34,979 nt of DNA from Acidobacteriota bacterium (GCA_020200195.1 JAIVJE010000292.1:9567-44545), one strand, 5' to 3'; counted from the first letter of the stretch, positions 20,123-28,836 are shown. Program-made: numbers and translations. Notes: a model not told the origin generated them from the letters alone.

Positions 20123-21586
20123 ATGCCGCCATCCCAGACGGTCGAGAACTACCTGAAGGCCATTCTGCTGGCGCAGACCGGCCTCCCCGCCCGGGACGGG
20201 CTGGTCCCGATGGGGCAGCTCGCCTCGGCGCTGGGGGTCGTACCCGGGACCGCCACGACCATGGTCAAAGCGCTCGCCGAATCCGGCCTCGTCCGGTACG
20301 AGCCGTACGCCGGCGTCCGCCTGACGCGCGCCGGCGAAAAACTTGCCGCCCTCGTTCTGCGACGGCACCGGCTGATTGAGCTTTTCCTGGTGAAGGTGAT
20401 GGGCATGAACTGGAGCGACGTCCACGACGAAGCAGAACAGCTGGAGCACGCTGTGTCTGACCGCCTGATCGACAGGATCGACGAGATGCTCGGCCGCCCG
20501 GACGTGGACCCGCACGGCGATCCCATCCCAGGTCCTGAAGGGACCGTCAACCGGCTCGATTACGACACGCTGATGACATGCCCGCTGCGGGCGCAGGTGA
20601 CGGTCAGACGCGTGAGCGATCAGGACAGCGATTTCCTGCGCTTCGTCGAACGTCACGGCCTGAAGCCCGGGGAGGAAGTGCGGGTGGAAGAGCGGGACCC
20701 GGCGGCGGACAGTGTGCGGCTGCGGAGCCGTGACGATCGGGAGTTCACGATCGGCGCGCGCGCAGCCTCGAAAGTGCTCGTCGAAACCGTGCGCGTGCTG
20801 CTGCTGTGCGGGCTACTTGGGGGCGCGGCTTCCGCCCAGACCTCCCCTCAGCCGGCCGCCGCCGAGCCGTTCCGGATCGCGGACAATTCGTTCCTCCTCG
20901 AGGAAGCCTTCAATCAGCCGCCGGGAGTGTTCCAGAACATTTTTGGTGCGATTCGAAACAACGGGACGTGGGCGGCGTCGTTCACCCAGGAGTGGCCCGT
21001 GCTGTCCCAGACTCACCAGCTGTCCTACACGCTCGGATGGACGGACCCGGGATCCTCGGGGGGCTTTGGAGACACTCTCATCAACTACCGCTATCAGGCG
21101 CTCATGGAGGGTCCCGGGCAGCCGGCGTTCTCGCCCCGAGTCAGTGTCGTGCTGCCGACGGGCGACAGGTCCAAAGGGCGGGGCGCGGGTTCGCCGGGAC
21201 TTCAGTTCAACCTGCCGTTCAGCAAGCAGGCTGGCGACGTGTACTGGCACTGGAATGCTGGACTCACCTGGCTGCCGCGCGCCGAGCGATCTGACGACGA
21301 CACCGAGCGGCTCGTCTCACCCTTCATATCCGCAAGCGGCATCATCCGTATCCGTCCGATGTTTCACCTGATGCTTGAAAGCGTGATGTTGTCGGAGAAC
21401 TCGGTGGCCGATCTAGGCACCTCGCGCGACACACTGTTCACGCTGTCGCCGGGCTTCCGCGGCGGGCGGAATCTCGGAGATCACCAGTTGATCGTCGGGC
21501 TGGCGGCGCCGATTACCTGGGGCGGCGGGGACACCGACACCGCGGCGTTCGTCTACCTGTCCTACGAGCTGCCGTTCAAGCGGTAG
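20123..21586 (+). CDS. DtxR/MntR metal-dependent regulator (HTH, dimerisation, FeoA) in frame with a signal peptide and a beta-barrel-like protein
   Basis: ENYLKAI, RRHRLIELFL, EAEQLEH and DPHGDPIP motifs; FeoA ends at KVLVE. Then VRVLLLCGLLGGAASA-Q and an amphipathic beta-strand region ending YLSYELPFKR. Confidence 0.85.
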   Translation: MPPSQTVENYLKAILLAQTGLPARDGLVPMGQLASALGVVPGTATTMVKALAESGLVRYEPYAGVRLTRAGEKLAALVLRRHRLIELFLVKVMGMNWSDVHDEAEQLEHAVSDRLIDRIDEMLGRPDVDPHGDPIPGPEGTVNRLDYDTLMTCPLRAQVTVRRVSDQDSDFLRFVERHGLKPGEEVRVEERDPAADSVRLRSRDDREFTIGARAASKVLVETVRVLLLCGLLGGAASAQTSPQPAAAEPFRIADNSFLLEEAFNQPPGVFQNIFGAIRNNGTWAASFTQEWPVLSQTHQLSYTLGWTDPGSSGGFGDTLINYRYQALMEGPGQPAFSPRVSVVLPTGDRSKGRGAGSPGLQFNLPFSKQAGDVYWHWNAGLTWLPRAERSDDDTERLVSPFISASGIIRIRPMFHLMLESVMLSENSVADLGTSRDTLFTLSPGFRGGRNLGDHQLIVGLAAPITWGGGDTDTAAFVYLSYELPFKR

Positions 21587-21612
21587 GACGGGGTGGGTCG
21601 CGGCGGCCCGTC

Positions 21613-22026
21613 TCAGACTTGCCGGGACTCGCTGTACGACGCCACCGACGACGGGGTCTCCCACACGCGCACCGCGACGATATCGACATTGAGCTCGCGG
21701 CCCTTGTCGAAAATCAGCTTGGCTATACGCTCGACGGTTGGATTGCTCTCGAGCAGATACATGGGCTCGCCAAGCCGACGCAGCGGGGCGACGAGGGGAT
21801 CATCGTGCCTGAGAATCATCTTGTGATCCAGCTCGCGGTCGATCCAGCCCTTCACGATCCGTTTGATGTCGCTGAAATCGGCGACCATGTTGCGATTGTC
21901 CAGCCGATCGGTCCGGACATCCACCTCCACCACCGCGTTGTGGCCGTGGGGATGCTTGCAGATGCCGTCGTAGTCGAGCAGACGGTGACCGTAGCAGAAC
22001 TCGATCCGCTTGGTGACTAGATACAT
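21613..22026 (-). CDS. queD: 6-carboxytetrahydropterin synthase (QueD/PTPS family)
   Basis: GHRL, CKHPHGHN, DFSDIK, LDHK, PTVERIA and VWET motifs. Confidence 0.9.
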   Translation of the reverse strand: MYLVTKRIEFCYGHRLLDYDGICKHPHGHNAVVEVDVRTDRLDNRNMVADFSDIKRIVKGWIDRELDHKMILRHDDPLVAPLRRLGEPMYLLESNPTVERIAKLIFDKGRELNVDIVAVRVWETPSSVASYSESRQV

Positions 22027-22086
22027 GGAAACGTTCCGCGACGATCGAGACGAGCGTCATAACCCGCGAAGGCCCGTGATCGAGCG

Positions 22087-22812
22087 ATGGTAGCGTTACG
22101 CTTGGAGGAGGGTCAAGGCGCGGCGGTGCTGTTCTCGGCCGGCCTCGACAGCGCCGTGCTTCTGGCGCAGGCGGCGAGACAGGGTCGCGCGCAACCGGTG
22201 TACGTGCGCGTGGGACTGGCCTGGGAAGATGAAGAGCTTGCGCTGGCCGAGCGGCTGCTGCGCTTGCCTCCCTTCCTCGACTCCACGATGGTGTTGCCGA
22301 TGGTAGTGCTCGCCATAGACATGCGGGACGTGTACCCCGCGATGCACTGGGCAATGCGCGGTGACCCACCCGGCTTCGACACGCCCGATGAGGATGTCTA
22401 TCTCGAAGGACGCAACGTCATCCTGCTCTCGAAGGCCGGGGTGTTCGCAGCCCGCGCTAAGCTGACGCGAATCCTGATCGGGACGCTCGCCGGCAACCCG
22501 TTTCCAGACGCCCGGCCACAGTTCTTCCACGCCATGGGGAACGCGCTCACACTGGGTCTGGGTGCGCCGATCACGATCGAGGCGCCCCTCTCGACAATGG
22601 GGAAGAGCGACGTGATTCGCGTGGGCCGATCGCTTGGCGTGCCGTTGGAGCTGACAATGTCCTGCATGCGGCCAAGCGGCGGCGCGCATTGCGGGCGGTG
22701 CAGCAAGTGTCGGGAACGACGCGATGGGTTCAGGGGCGCGGGAGTGCCGGACCTCACGGTGTATGAGGCGGACCGGGAAACGGGCAGCGGTTCTAGTTCG
22801 ATTTCAGCCTGA
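22087..22812 (+). CDS. QueC-like PP-loop protein (7-cyano-7-deazaguanine synthase family)
   Basis: FSAGLDS PP-loop, GRN, FPD and TMSC...HCGRCSKCRER Zn site; alternative TTG start at 22102. Confidence 0.85.
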   Translation: MVALRLEEGQGAAVLFSAGLDSAVLLAQAARQGRAQPVYVRVGLAWEDEELALAERLLRLPPFLDSTMVLPMVVLAIDMRDVYPAMHWAMRGDPPGFDTPDEDVYLEGRNVILLSKAGVFAARAKLTRILIGTLAGNPFPDARPQFFHAMGNALTLGLGAPITIEAPLSTMGKSDVIRVGRSLGVPLELTMSCMRPSGGAHCGRCSKCRERRDGFRGAGVPDLTVYEADRETGSGSSSISA

Positions 22813-23683
22813 TGGATCCGTCGCCGGTACGGACGCGCAGCAGGCGGCCGCCGGCGCCAAGCCGGCCGCGCACCGTACGGCGATTGGCCTGAACACCCTC
22901 GGTCGACGCGAGCGTCAGCTCATTGGTGATCGTTCCGTCTCCGGTGTGGGCATCGATCTCCGCGGAAAAATCGGGCGGCCAGTACAGAGCGACGCCGCCG
23001 TCGCCGGTCGAGATGTCCCAGTCTTCCGCCATCGCTCCGCCGGGCTCCGCCCGGAACACAATGGAGCCGTCGCCCGTGTGCATCTTCAACCCGCTGAGCC
23101 TTCCGGAGACGTGGACGCTGCCGTCGCCGGTATCCACAGCCAGCCGACCTTCGGCCCCCTCGACGTTGATGGAACCGTCACCAGTGTTAAATTCGAGACT
23201 GCCGGAGACGTCTGACGCCCGGATGCTGCCGTCGCCTGTTCGAACCTCGAGCCTCCCTTCCACGCGTTCGATCCGGATCGAACCGTCGCCGCTGCGTGCG
23301 CGCACGTCCGCCCGCGTTGGTATCGTTACGATCAGCCTGGCGCTCGCCGACCGGCGGAAGCCGATTGAGCTGAACGTTTCGGCTCGCGGCTTCTTGACCT
23401 CCAGCTCGATCACGTTCCCGTCCTGACTGCTCTTGACCTCCAACGCGTCGATCGCTTCACGCGTCGGCCCGCGCTTTTCGATCTCGATCAGCACCTCGGC
23501 GCGGTCCCATGACTGCACTTCGATGGAACCATCGAAGGTCGTTACGCGCACGTCCGGAGTCCCTGAAACGTTGAAGCGTTTTTCGTCCCGGACTATCTGT
23601 CCCTGGGAATCGACGCTGACGACGCACGCGGTGGATAGTGCCGTCGCAAGCAGGACGGTACAGACCAAAAAGGTGGATCTCAT
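22793..23683 (-). CDS. DUF4097 (putative adhesin) beta-strand-repeat lipoprotein
   Basis: Lipobox STA-C; repeated TGDGSI units; start at ATG 23683. Confidence 0.88.
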   Translation of the reverse strand: MRSTFLVCTVLLATALSTACVVSVDSQGQIVRDEKRFNVSGTPDVRVTTFDGSIEVQSWDRAEVLIEIEKRGPTREAIDALEVKSSQDGNVIELEVKKPRAETFSSIGFRRSASARLIVTIPTRADVRARSGDGSIRIERVEGRLEVRTGDGSIRASDVSGSLEFNTGDGSINVEGAEGRLAVDTGDGSVHVSGRLSGLKMHTGDGSIVFRAEPGGAMAEDWDISTGDGGVALYWPPDFSAEIDAHTGDGTITNELTLASTEGVQANRRTVRGRLGAGGRLLRVRTGDGSIRLKSN

Positions 23684-23690
23684 ACCCGCA

Positions 23691-23718
23691 TAGACGGCCC
23701 GGGCCGTACCGCCGTTCC
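23691..23718 (-). promoter_or_regulatory. Putative ECF-sigma promoter for a leaderless DUF4097 transcript
   Basis: GGAAC-N17-CGTCTA ending 7 nt before the ATG. Confidence 0.6.
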
Positions 23719-23782
23719 CTCTTTTCCCTTTTCCCTTTTCCCTTTTCCCTTTTTCTATTCCTTGTCCTTTTTCCCTTTTCCC
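23715..23782. repeat. Heptamer tandem repeat TTCCCTT, degenerate, overlapping the nagA 3' end
   Basis: Pyrimidine run TTTTCCC repeated; encodes the GKGKKDKE tail of NagA. Confidence 0.88.
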
Positions 23783-24951
23783 GGCCACACCTGCCCGCCC
23801 GATACGTAGGTTTGAACTACGCTGAACTGACGGTCCAGAACGGTGAGATCGGCCCGGGCACCGCGCGTGATCGCCCCCAAACCCTCCAGATTCAGCGAAC
23901 GGGCCGGCGTCGTGGCGCACATTTGCGCTGCCTCGACAAGCGGGATCCCCATCGTCCCGGCGAGCCGGGCGAACACGCGGTCCATGGTCAGGACACTGCC
24001 CGCGAGCGTCCCGTCATCCAGCCTGGCGGCGTCGCCGACCGTGATCCGGCGTCCGCCTATCATCGCGCGGGCACCCTCCGGAAGGCCAGCGCCGGCCGTC
24101 CCATCCGTGATGGCCATCAGGCGCGAGGAGCGTTTCGCAGCCAACGCGATTCTGACCATCGCTGGATGCACGTGGACGCCATCGCAAATGATCTCTGCGG
24201 CCACATCGTCGTGCTCGAGCACCGCCGCCGCCAGGCCCGGTGCCCGTTGCCCAATCGGGGTCATGCGGTTGAAGAGGTGGGTCGCGTGCCGCGCGCCAGC
24301 CGCGATGCCGGCGATGCCCTGCTCGTACGTGGCGCCCGAATGACCGAGGGACACCCGGTGGCCGGCCGCGGCCAGCGAGCCGATCAGGTCGAGCGCCCCC
24401 TCCAGCTCCGGCGCGACAGTCACGATCCCGACGTCACCTCGCGCTCTGGCAATTTCCTGCAGGATCTCGTCGCCAGCGAACTCGCCGCCCGGCGAGGCGC
24501 CGCGTGGGAGTCGCAGACAGTCGAGAGGTTGGGCGCCTCTGAATTCCGGGTTGATGAAGTTGCTCTCGAGGTGGGCAGGTAAGACCCGCGCGCAGCCGGG
24601 CACTGGAGACGCGCGCGCCATTCTCACGGCCGTCAGCATCATCCGAAGCGCCGACGGGCTGCACGCGATCGATGTGGGACAGAACGAGGTAACCCCGAAC
24701 CGCGGCATGCGTTCGGCGATCACCCCGATCGCCTCGGGTCCATCCAGGGTATCCGAGCCCTCGAGGCCGTGGACGTGGACGTCGATGAATCCCGGCACTA
24801 CGACGCGGCCGGTCAGATCGACACGGACTGCGGAGTCGCCGCGGTGAGATCCGCTCACGATCTCGGCGATGCGATCGTCTTCCAGGGCGATCGTTCCGGG
24901 GCTCAGGATCTTGTCGGGCAGGACGACGTCGGCGCCTGAGAGCAGGATCAT
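23755..24951 (-). CDS. nagA: N-acetylglucosamine-6-phosphate deacetylase
   Basis: PGFIDVHVHG, HLE, TVAPE, SLGHS, THLFN, DGVHVHP, ITD and LAGS motifs. Confidence 0.95.
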   Translation of the reverse strand: MILLSGADVVLPDKILSPGTIALEDDRIAEIVSGSHRGDSAVRVDLTGRVVVPGFIDVHVHGLEGSDTLDGPEAIGVIAERMPRFGVTSFCPTSIACSPSALRMMLTAVRMARASPVPGCARVLPAHLESNFINPEFRGAQPLDCLRLPRGASPGGEFAGDEILQEIARARGDVGIVTVAPELEGALDLIGSLAAAGHRVSLGHSGATYEQGIAGIAAGARHATHLFNRMTPIGQRAPGLAAAVLEHDDVAAEIICDGVHVHPAMVRIALAAKRSSRLMAITDGTAGAGLPEGARAMIGGRRITVGDAARLDDGTLAGSVLTMDRVFARLAGTMGIPLVEAAQMCATTPARSLNLEGLGAITRGARADLTVLDRQFSVVQTYVSGGQVWPGKGKKDKE

Positions 24952-24979
24952 GCGCGTACGAGCGGCGCGCGACGCGTGG

Positions 24980-25390
24980 TCATTCGTCTATGTGCCAATG
25001 AACCTTGCGGTGTTCCAGCGGCAGCGCCGGCGCGCCGTCGCCGCGGAACAGTTCGCGATCGGCGCGCATCAGCAATTTCTGCAGCCAGCGCTCGTCCGGC
25101 GCCGACAACACGATCACGCCGGCGCCTTCCTCCGGTGGGAATCTGCGATTGTCAACGTAGTCACGATCGAGCGTGACGAGCGTTCGCGCGAGCTGCCGGG
25201 CGAGCCGATAGTGGTGAATGTCGGGCGCGCGCCGCAGGTCCTCGTGTTCGATCACGAAGAGCACATCCCAGTGCAGGCGCGTCCGCATGAACCCCACCAC
25301 GCCGCTGGGAATGTTCGCATCGGCGTAGATGCGCGGACGACCCGAGACGCGGGCGACGTACGGACCCAGTTCCGACGCGAGATTGCCCAT
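24980..25390 (-). CDS. PIN-like domain protein (DUF5615/Mut7-C-like)
   Basis: RIYADANIP and RTLVTLDRDY acidic motifs; ATG directly after the upstream TGA. Confidence 0.8.
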   Translation of the reverse strand: MGNLASELGPYVARVSGRPRIYADANIPSGVVGFMRTRLHWDVLFVIEHEDLRRAPDIHHYRLARQLARTLVTLDRDYVDNRRFPPEEGAGVIVLSAPDERWLQKLLMRADRELFRGDGAPALPLEHRKVHWHIDE

Positions 25391-26548
25391 TCAGCGGTGT
25401 CGCTCCAGGTCGGGCATGACGTCGAGAGGCTCGACTGGCGATGTGCGCGCCTCGGTCGCCTGCCGCAGCAGGTCGGCGACGAGCGCGTCGCGGCGGTGCA
25501 CGAGCTCGCGGCGAGGCCGGCGACTTCGCTCGGAACCGACGGCATACTCGCAGAACAGCGGAAATGCGATCGTGGAATCGCAGTAAGCGACAACCGTGTC
25601 CGGCAGCACTCCTGGGTTGACCTTGCCCCAGCTCACCGCCTCGGCCGGCGTGGCACCCGACAGGCCGCCCCACACGACCTGGTCTGTCGTGATCTGGATG
25701 AAGTAGTCGTTGCCGCCCTTGGGGATTCCGTAGACTTCCCACAACGTCGGCTGCCCCTGGAGGTAGAAGTTCTTCGGCGAGCCGCCGCCCAGGATCACGC
25801 ACCCATTCTGCTTCGCCGCCAGGATGATGGCGCACACCTCGTTGACGTCCTTGTTCGGATCGATCATGAACGTGCTGCCGTTCATCAACTCGTGGTACGC
25901 GATGTTCATGCCGATCGAGCTGTCGCCCGGCGACGACGTGTAGATGGGCACGCCAGCCTGCGCGGCGCGGGCGACGACGGAGTACTCCTCGCACCCGGGA
26001 TGGAGATCGAGCAAATCCTGACCGAGGCGGAAGTGGAACTCGGCGGTGGACATCGGGCCGGCCAGTTGCGCGCGCACGAGAAAGTCCCGGATGTACGTGT
26101 CGGTCTCGAGGAGCACCGTCGACGGAAACAACACGTCGTAGATGCGGATAATCCCATGCTCGTACAGGTCGACATCGTTCAGGAACGGCGAGCCGCGATG
26201 AAGTGTGAAATTCAGCGCGTAATGCAGGTCGTGGTACAGGTTCGCGCCCGTGCTGATCACGAAGTCGATCAGACCGCGCTCCATCAGCTCGATCACGCAG
26301 CCGCCGAGGCCGGCCGGTGTCAGCGCGCCCGCAATGGTCAGACCGATGGTCGTGTCGTTCTCCGCGGCAAGCATCTTGTCGGTGTAGATGTGGCACGCCT
26401 CCGACAGACGGCCGGCGTTGAACGCCTGGAACCCGCCGTCAATGAGGTGCCGCACATCGGCGCTGCCGCGCGGCCGGTAGTAGGTAATGGGCTTGCCGGT
26501 GAGGTAGTTCTTCTTGCCACCCGGGGCACCGGGCGCTCGGTGGGGCAC
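25391..26548 (-). CDS. Deoxyhypusine synthase-like protein (polyamine aminobutyl transferase family)
   Basis: ISTGANLYHD, GGGSPKNF and GGLSGATPAEAVSWGK (catalytic Lys); GGAGG then GTG 26548. Confidence 0.92.
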   Translation of the reverse strand: MPHRAPGAPGGKKNYLTGKPITYYRPRGSADVRHLIDGGFQAFNAGRLSEACHIYTDKMLAAENDTTIGLTIAGALTPAGLGGCVIELMERGLIDFVISTGANLYHDLHYALNFTLHRGSPFLNDVDLYEHGIIRIYDVLFPSTVLLETDTYIRDFLVRAQLAGPMSTAEFHFRLGQDLLDLHPGCEEYSVVARAAQAGVPIYTSSPGDSSIGMNIAYHELMNGSTFMIDPNKDVNEVCAIILAAKQNGCVILGGGSPKNFYLQGQPTLWEVYGIPKGGNDYFIQITTDQVVWGGLSGATPAEAVSWGKVNPGVLPDTVVAYCDSTIAFPLFCEYAVGSERSRRPRRELVHRRDALVADLLRQATEARTSPVEPLDVMPDLERHR

Positions 26549-26722
26549 TGAGCAACCTCCAATTCGCGGTCGTTCGATTAGCTTAGCATCACTGACCTGC
26601 AGGAACGCGGCGTATTGGCCGAAAACCCTTGACAGCGGGCGTATTCGGAGCCAACGTACCACGCTTTCGCGACGACAGCATGAGCATGTTTCCGGAGTGG
26701 CGACGTGGAACCAGGCACTGGC

Positions 26723-27130
26723 ATGGATACGATGTGGCTGGCCGCGCTGGCCGCCGGCGCGCTGGTGTTCATCGCCGTCCTGTTCTTCTGGTTCAAGGGG
26801 CGGAAGATGCCGGGGGCGCACGTATTTCGGGCCAGTCGGCTGAGTCGCGGCAACCTGCTGTTGCCGGCGCAAATGGGAGTCAGGCCGACGAGCGTCGTGC
26901 ACTACAAACCGGAAGTCGCAGGCGGGCGCGAACATTCCATGCACATCGCACACGTCGCCTCGGTGCTGATCGATCGCAATCTCTTCTTCTCGGACGTGCT
27001 GATCGAAAGCTCCGGCGGGACCAGCCCCGTGCGCTGCCACGGCCACCGCAAGGCTGACGCCGTCGAGATGAAGCGACTCATCGAGCAATATCAGTCGGAG
27101 TATTATCGCGGACAGCATCATGGGCAGTAA
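26723..27130 (+). CDS. Membrane-anchored hypothetical protein, possibly with a bacterial PH-like fold
   Basis: N-terminal TM, then a beta-rich segment (VASVLIDRNLFFSDVLIESSGG) and a C-terminal helix; overlaps the next start. Confidence 0.7.
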   Translation: MDTMWLAALAAGALVFIAVLFFWFKGRKMPGAHVFRASRLSRGNLLLPAQMGVRPTSVVHYKPEVAGGREHSMHIAHVASVLIDRNLFFSDVLIESSGGTSPVRCHGHRKADAVEMKRLIEQYQSEYYRGQHHGQ

Positions 27131-28469
27131 GGCCGACAACGTGCCCGCGGCAGGCCGGCGCCCCCCCGATCCGTCGGAGGTCGAAGCGCGGTTCCAGTCG
27201 CTCGTACAGTCGCCGCTGCGGGCAGCGCTGCTGCGGTTTTTCTGCGCGCGGCCGGACGAGTCGTTCGACGTCGAGGCACTGATGCAGACGTTCGGCCGCA
27301 TGCGGCTGGACGTCGAGAACTGCGTCCGGGAGCTCGTCGCGTTCGGTGTCGCGAAGCGCATGCCGAGCACGGGCGCGGCGCGCTACGCCGCGGCGGAACC
27401 GGAGATTGAGGGCGTCCATCACCTGCTCGACGAGTTCCTGGAACGCCGCGCCACCGTCAGCCATGAGGACCGCTCGCCGGCGGTTCAGCGTTTTCGCGAG
27501 ATGATCGGCCGCGACGAGAAAATGCTCGTCGTGTTCGAGTGGATCCGCACCGCGGCGAAGTCCGATATTTCGGTGCTGATTCTCGGCCCCACCGGCTCGG
27601 GCAAGGAAGTCGTCGCGCGGATGATCCACGAGTTGAGCCGCCGCGCCACGCACAAGTTCCAGGCGGTGAATTGCGCGGCGCTGCCCGACACGCTTTTCGA
27701 ATCGGAGATCTTCGGCTACGAGAAAGGTGCGTTCACCGGCGCGCACGACCGCAAGCCGGGGCGGCTCGAGCTGGCGAACAACGGGACCCTGTTCCTCGAC
27801 GAAATCGGCGACATGTCGCTCATCGCGCAGGCGAAGCTGTTGCGCGTGCTTGAGGAACGCCGCTTCGAACGCCTCGGCGGCAATACGTCAATCGACGTCA
27901 ACTTCCGGCTCATCTCCGCGACCAACCGCCCACTCGATCAGTTCGTCCGCGACTCGCGGTTCCGCGAAGATCTGTATTACCGGGTCAACGCCTTCGCCAT
28001 CCGGCTGCCTTCGCTGCGCGAGCGCGCGAGCGATATCCCGGTACTGGCGCAGCGCTTCCTGGCGCGCTACTGCGCCGCGAACGGCTTAGCGCTCGACGGC
28101 AAGTCGTTCGCCAAAGAAGCGACCGAGCTCCTGATGCAATACCACTGGCCCGGCAACATCCGCGAGCTCGAAAGCACGGTGTCGCGGGCGGCGCTCTCGT
28201 CACCCGGTCGCGTGATCCGCGCCGGAGACGTGGAGTTCCTGCACGCCAGCGAGGCGCCAGTGCACGCCGCCCACGACCGGCTGCCCTCGCTCGCCGACGC
28301 CGAACGTGCGCACATCGTCCGCGTGCTCGAGAGCGTCCATTGGAACAAGAAACAGGCCGCGGGCGTGCTCGAAATCAGCCGCGGGACGCTCTATCGCAAG
28401 ATTGTCGAGTACGGCTTGGAGTCCGAGGCAAAACCGTCGCGGAATAGAACACATCGCCCTGCGAACTGA
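27120..28469 (+). CDS. Sigma54-dependent activator (AAA+ and Fis-type HTH) with an N-terminal winged-helix-like domain
   Basis: [39 protein letters not shown] and C-terminal HTH ([11 protein letters not shown]); no receiver domain. Confidence 0.93.
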   Translation: MGSKADNVPAAGRRPPDPSEVEARFQSLVQSPLRAALLRFFCARPDESFDVEALMQTFGRMRLDVENCVRELVAFGVAKRMPSTGAARYAAAEPEIEGVHHLLDEFLERRATVSHEDRSPAVQRFREMIGRDEKMLVVFEWIRTAAKSDISVLILGPTGSGKEVVARMIHELSRRATHKFQAVNCAALPDTLFESEIFGYEKGAFTGAHDRKPGRLELANNGTLFLDEIGDMSLIAQAKLLRVLEERRFERLGGNTSIDVNFRLISATNRPLDQFVRDSRFREDLYYRVNAFAIRLPSLRERASDIPVLAQRFLARYCAANGLALDGKSFAKEATELLMQYHWPGNIRELESTVSRAALSSPGRVIRAGDVEFLHASEAPVHAAHDRLPSLADAERAHIVRVLESVHWNKKQAAGVLEISRGTLYRKIVEYGLESEAKPSRNRTHRPAN

Positions 28470-28506
28470 CTCGATTCCCCCCAAACACGCACCCACATAG
28501 GGTTAC

Positions 28507-28612
28507 CGGTGTGTTAAAACGGACCATAAACCCGGTTCATACTCTACGTGAACGTCCTTTGTTTTCAGCCGTTTACGGCAGCTTTTGCCGACGGTGGGCC
28601 AAAACGGGACAC
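28507..28612. promoter_or_regulatory. Paired putative enhancer (UAS) sites
   Basis: CGGTGTGTTAAAACGGACCAT (28507-28527) and CGGTGGGCCAAAACGGGACAC (28592-28612), 85 bp apart, upstream of the -24/-12 box. Confidence 0.5.
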
Positions 28613-28720
28613 CGTGGATGCTGGCCGCCTCCTGATCTGCCTCTTTACCCACCGAACAAAACATCCATAAGTCTCTGAGAAGATGGCGTTTAGCAACTGT
28701 CGTGTCGCCTGGTGGGCGCG

Positions 28721-28736
28721 CGGCAGATCACTTGCA
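28721..28736 (+). promoter_or_regulatory. Sigma54 -24/-12 promoter
   Basis: CGGCAGATCACTTGCA = GG-N10-GC, matching YGGCAC-N5-TTGCW, downstream of a sigma54 activator gene. Confidence 0.75.
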
Positions 28737-28797
28737 CTGGCGCACTCGTTAAATCTCTGATTATGCGGACACTTCCTCTCATGCCGGCGCGCATCTG

Positions 28798-28836
28798 ATG
28801 ACGAACGTCACCCGCAAGGCCGTCTGGGGATTCTGA
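28798..28836 (+). CDS. Candidate small peptide MTNVTRKAVWGF
   Basis: ATG 28798 to TGA 28836, with a TGATG overlap onto the downstream start. The frame is open back to 28753 (ISDYADTSSHAGAHL...). Confidence 0.4.
   Translation: MTNVTRKAVWGF

Noticed and set aside
21587-21612. Terminator between the DtxR fusion and queD (GACGGG...CCCGTC)
   Set aside because: Only a 6-bp stem with a large imperfect loop and no U-tract; too weak to call
21613-22812. QueC-based anti-phage or DNA-modification system (Qat, Dpd, CBASS type IV)
   Set aside because: No partner ATPase, TatD, DpdA/TGT or cyclase genes nearby; the context is housekeeping
24869-26551. Long antisense ORFs (560 aa here; also 29058-31439, 4349-5425, 12718-13815, 10467-11792)
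   Set aside because: Shadow frames of well-supported genes in high-GC DNA, with no recognisable motifs
26560-26700. Possible riboswitch or ncRNA upstream of the DHS-like gene (GGCGTATT x2 flanking TTGACA)
   Set aside because: No recognisable riboswitch consensus or convincing fold; more simply explained as divergent promoter sequence
26549-27370. 659-aa version of the DHS-like protein with a long N-terminal extension
   Set aside because: The extension is antisense to two real genes, and a GGAGG-GTG start at 26548 gives a normal-length enzyme
28576-28590. CGGCAGCTTTTGCCG as another sigma54 promoter
   Set aside because: GG-to-GC spacing is 8 nt rather than 10; it is only a small hairpin
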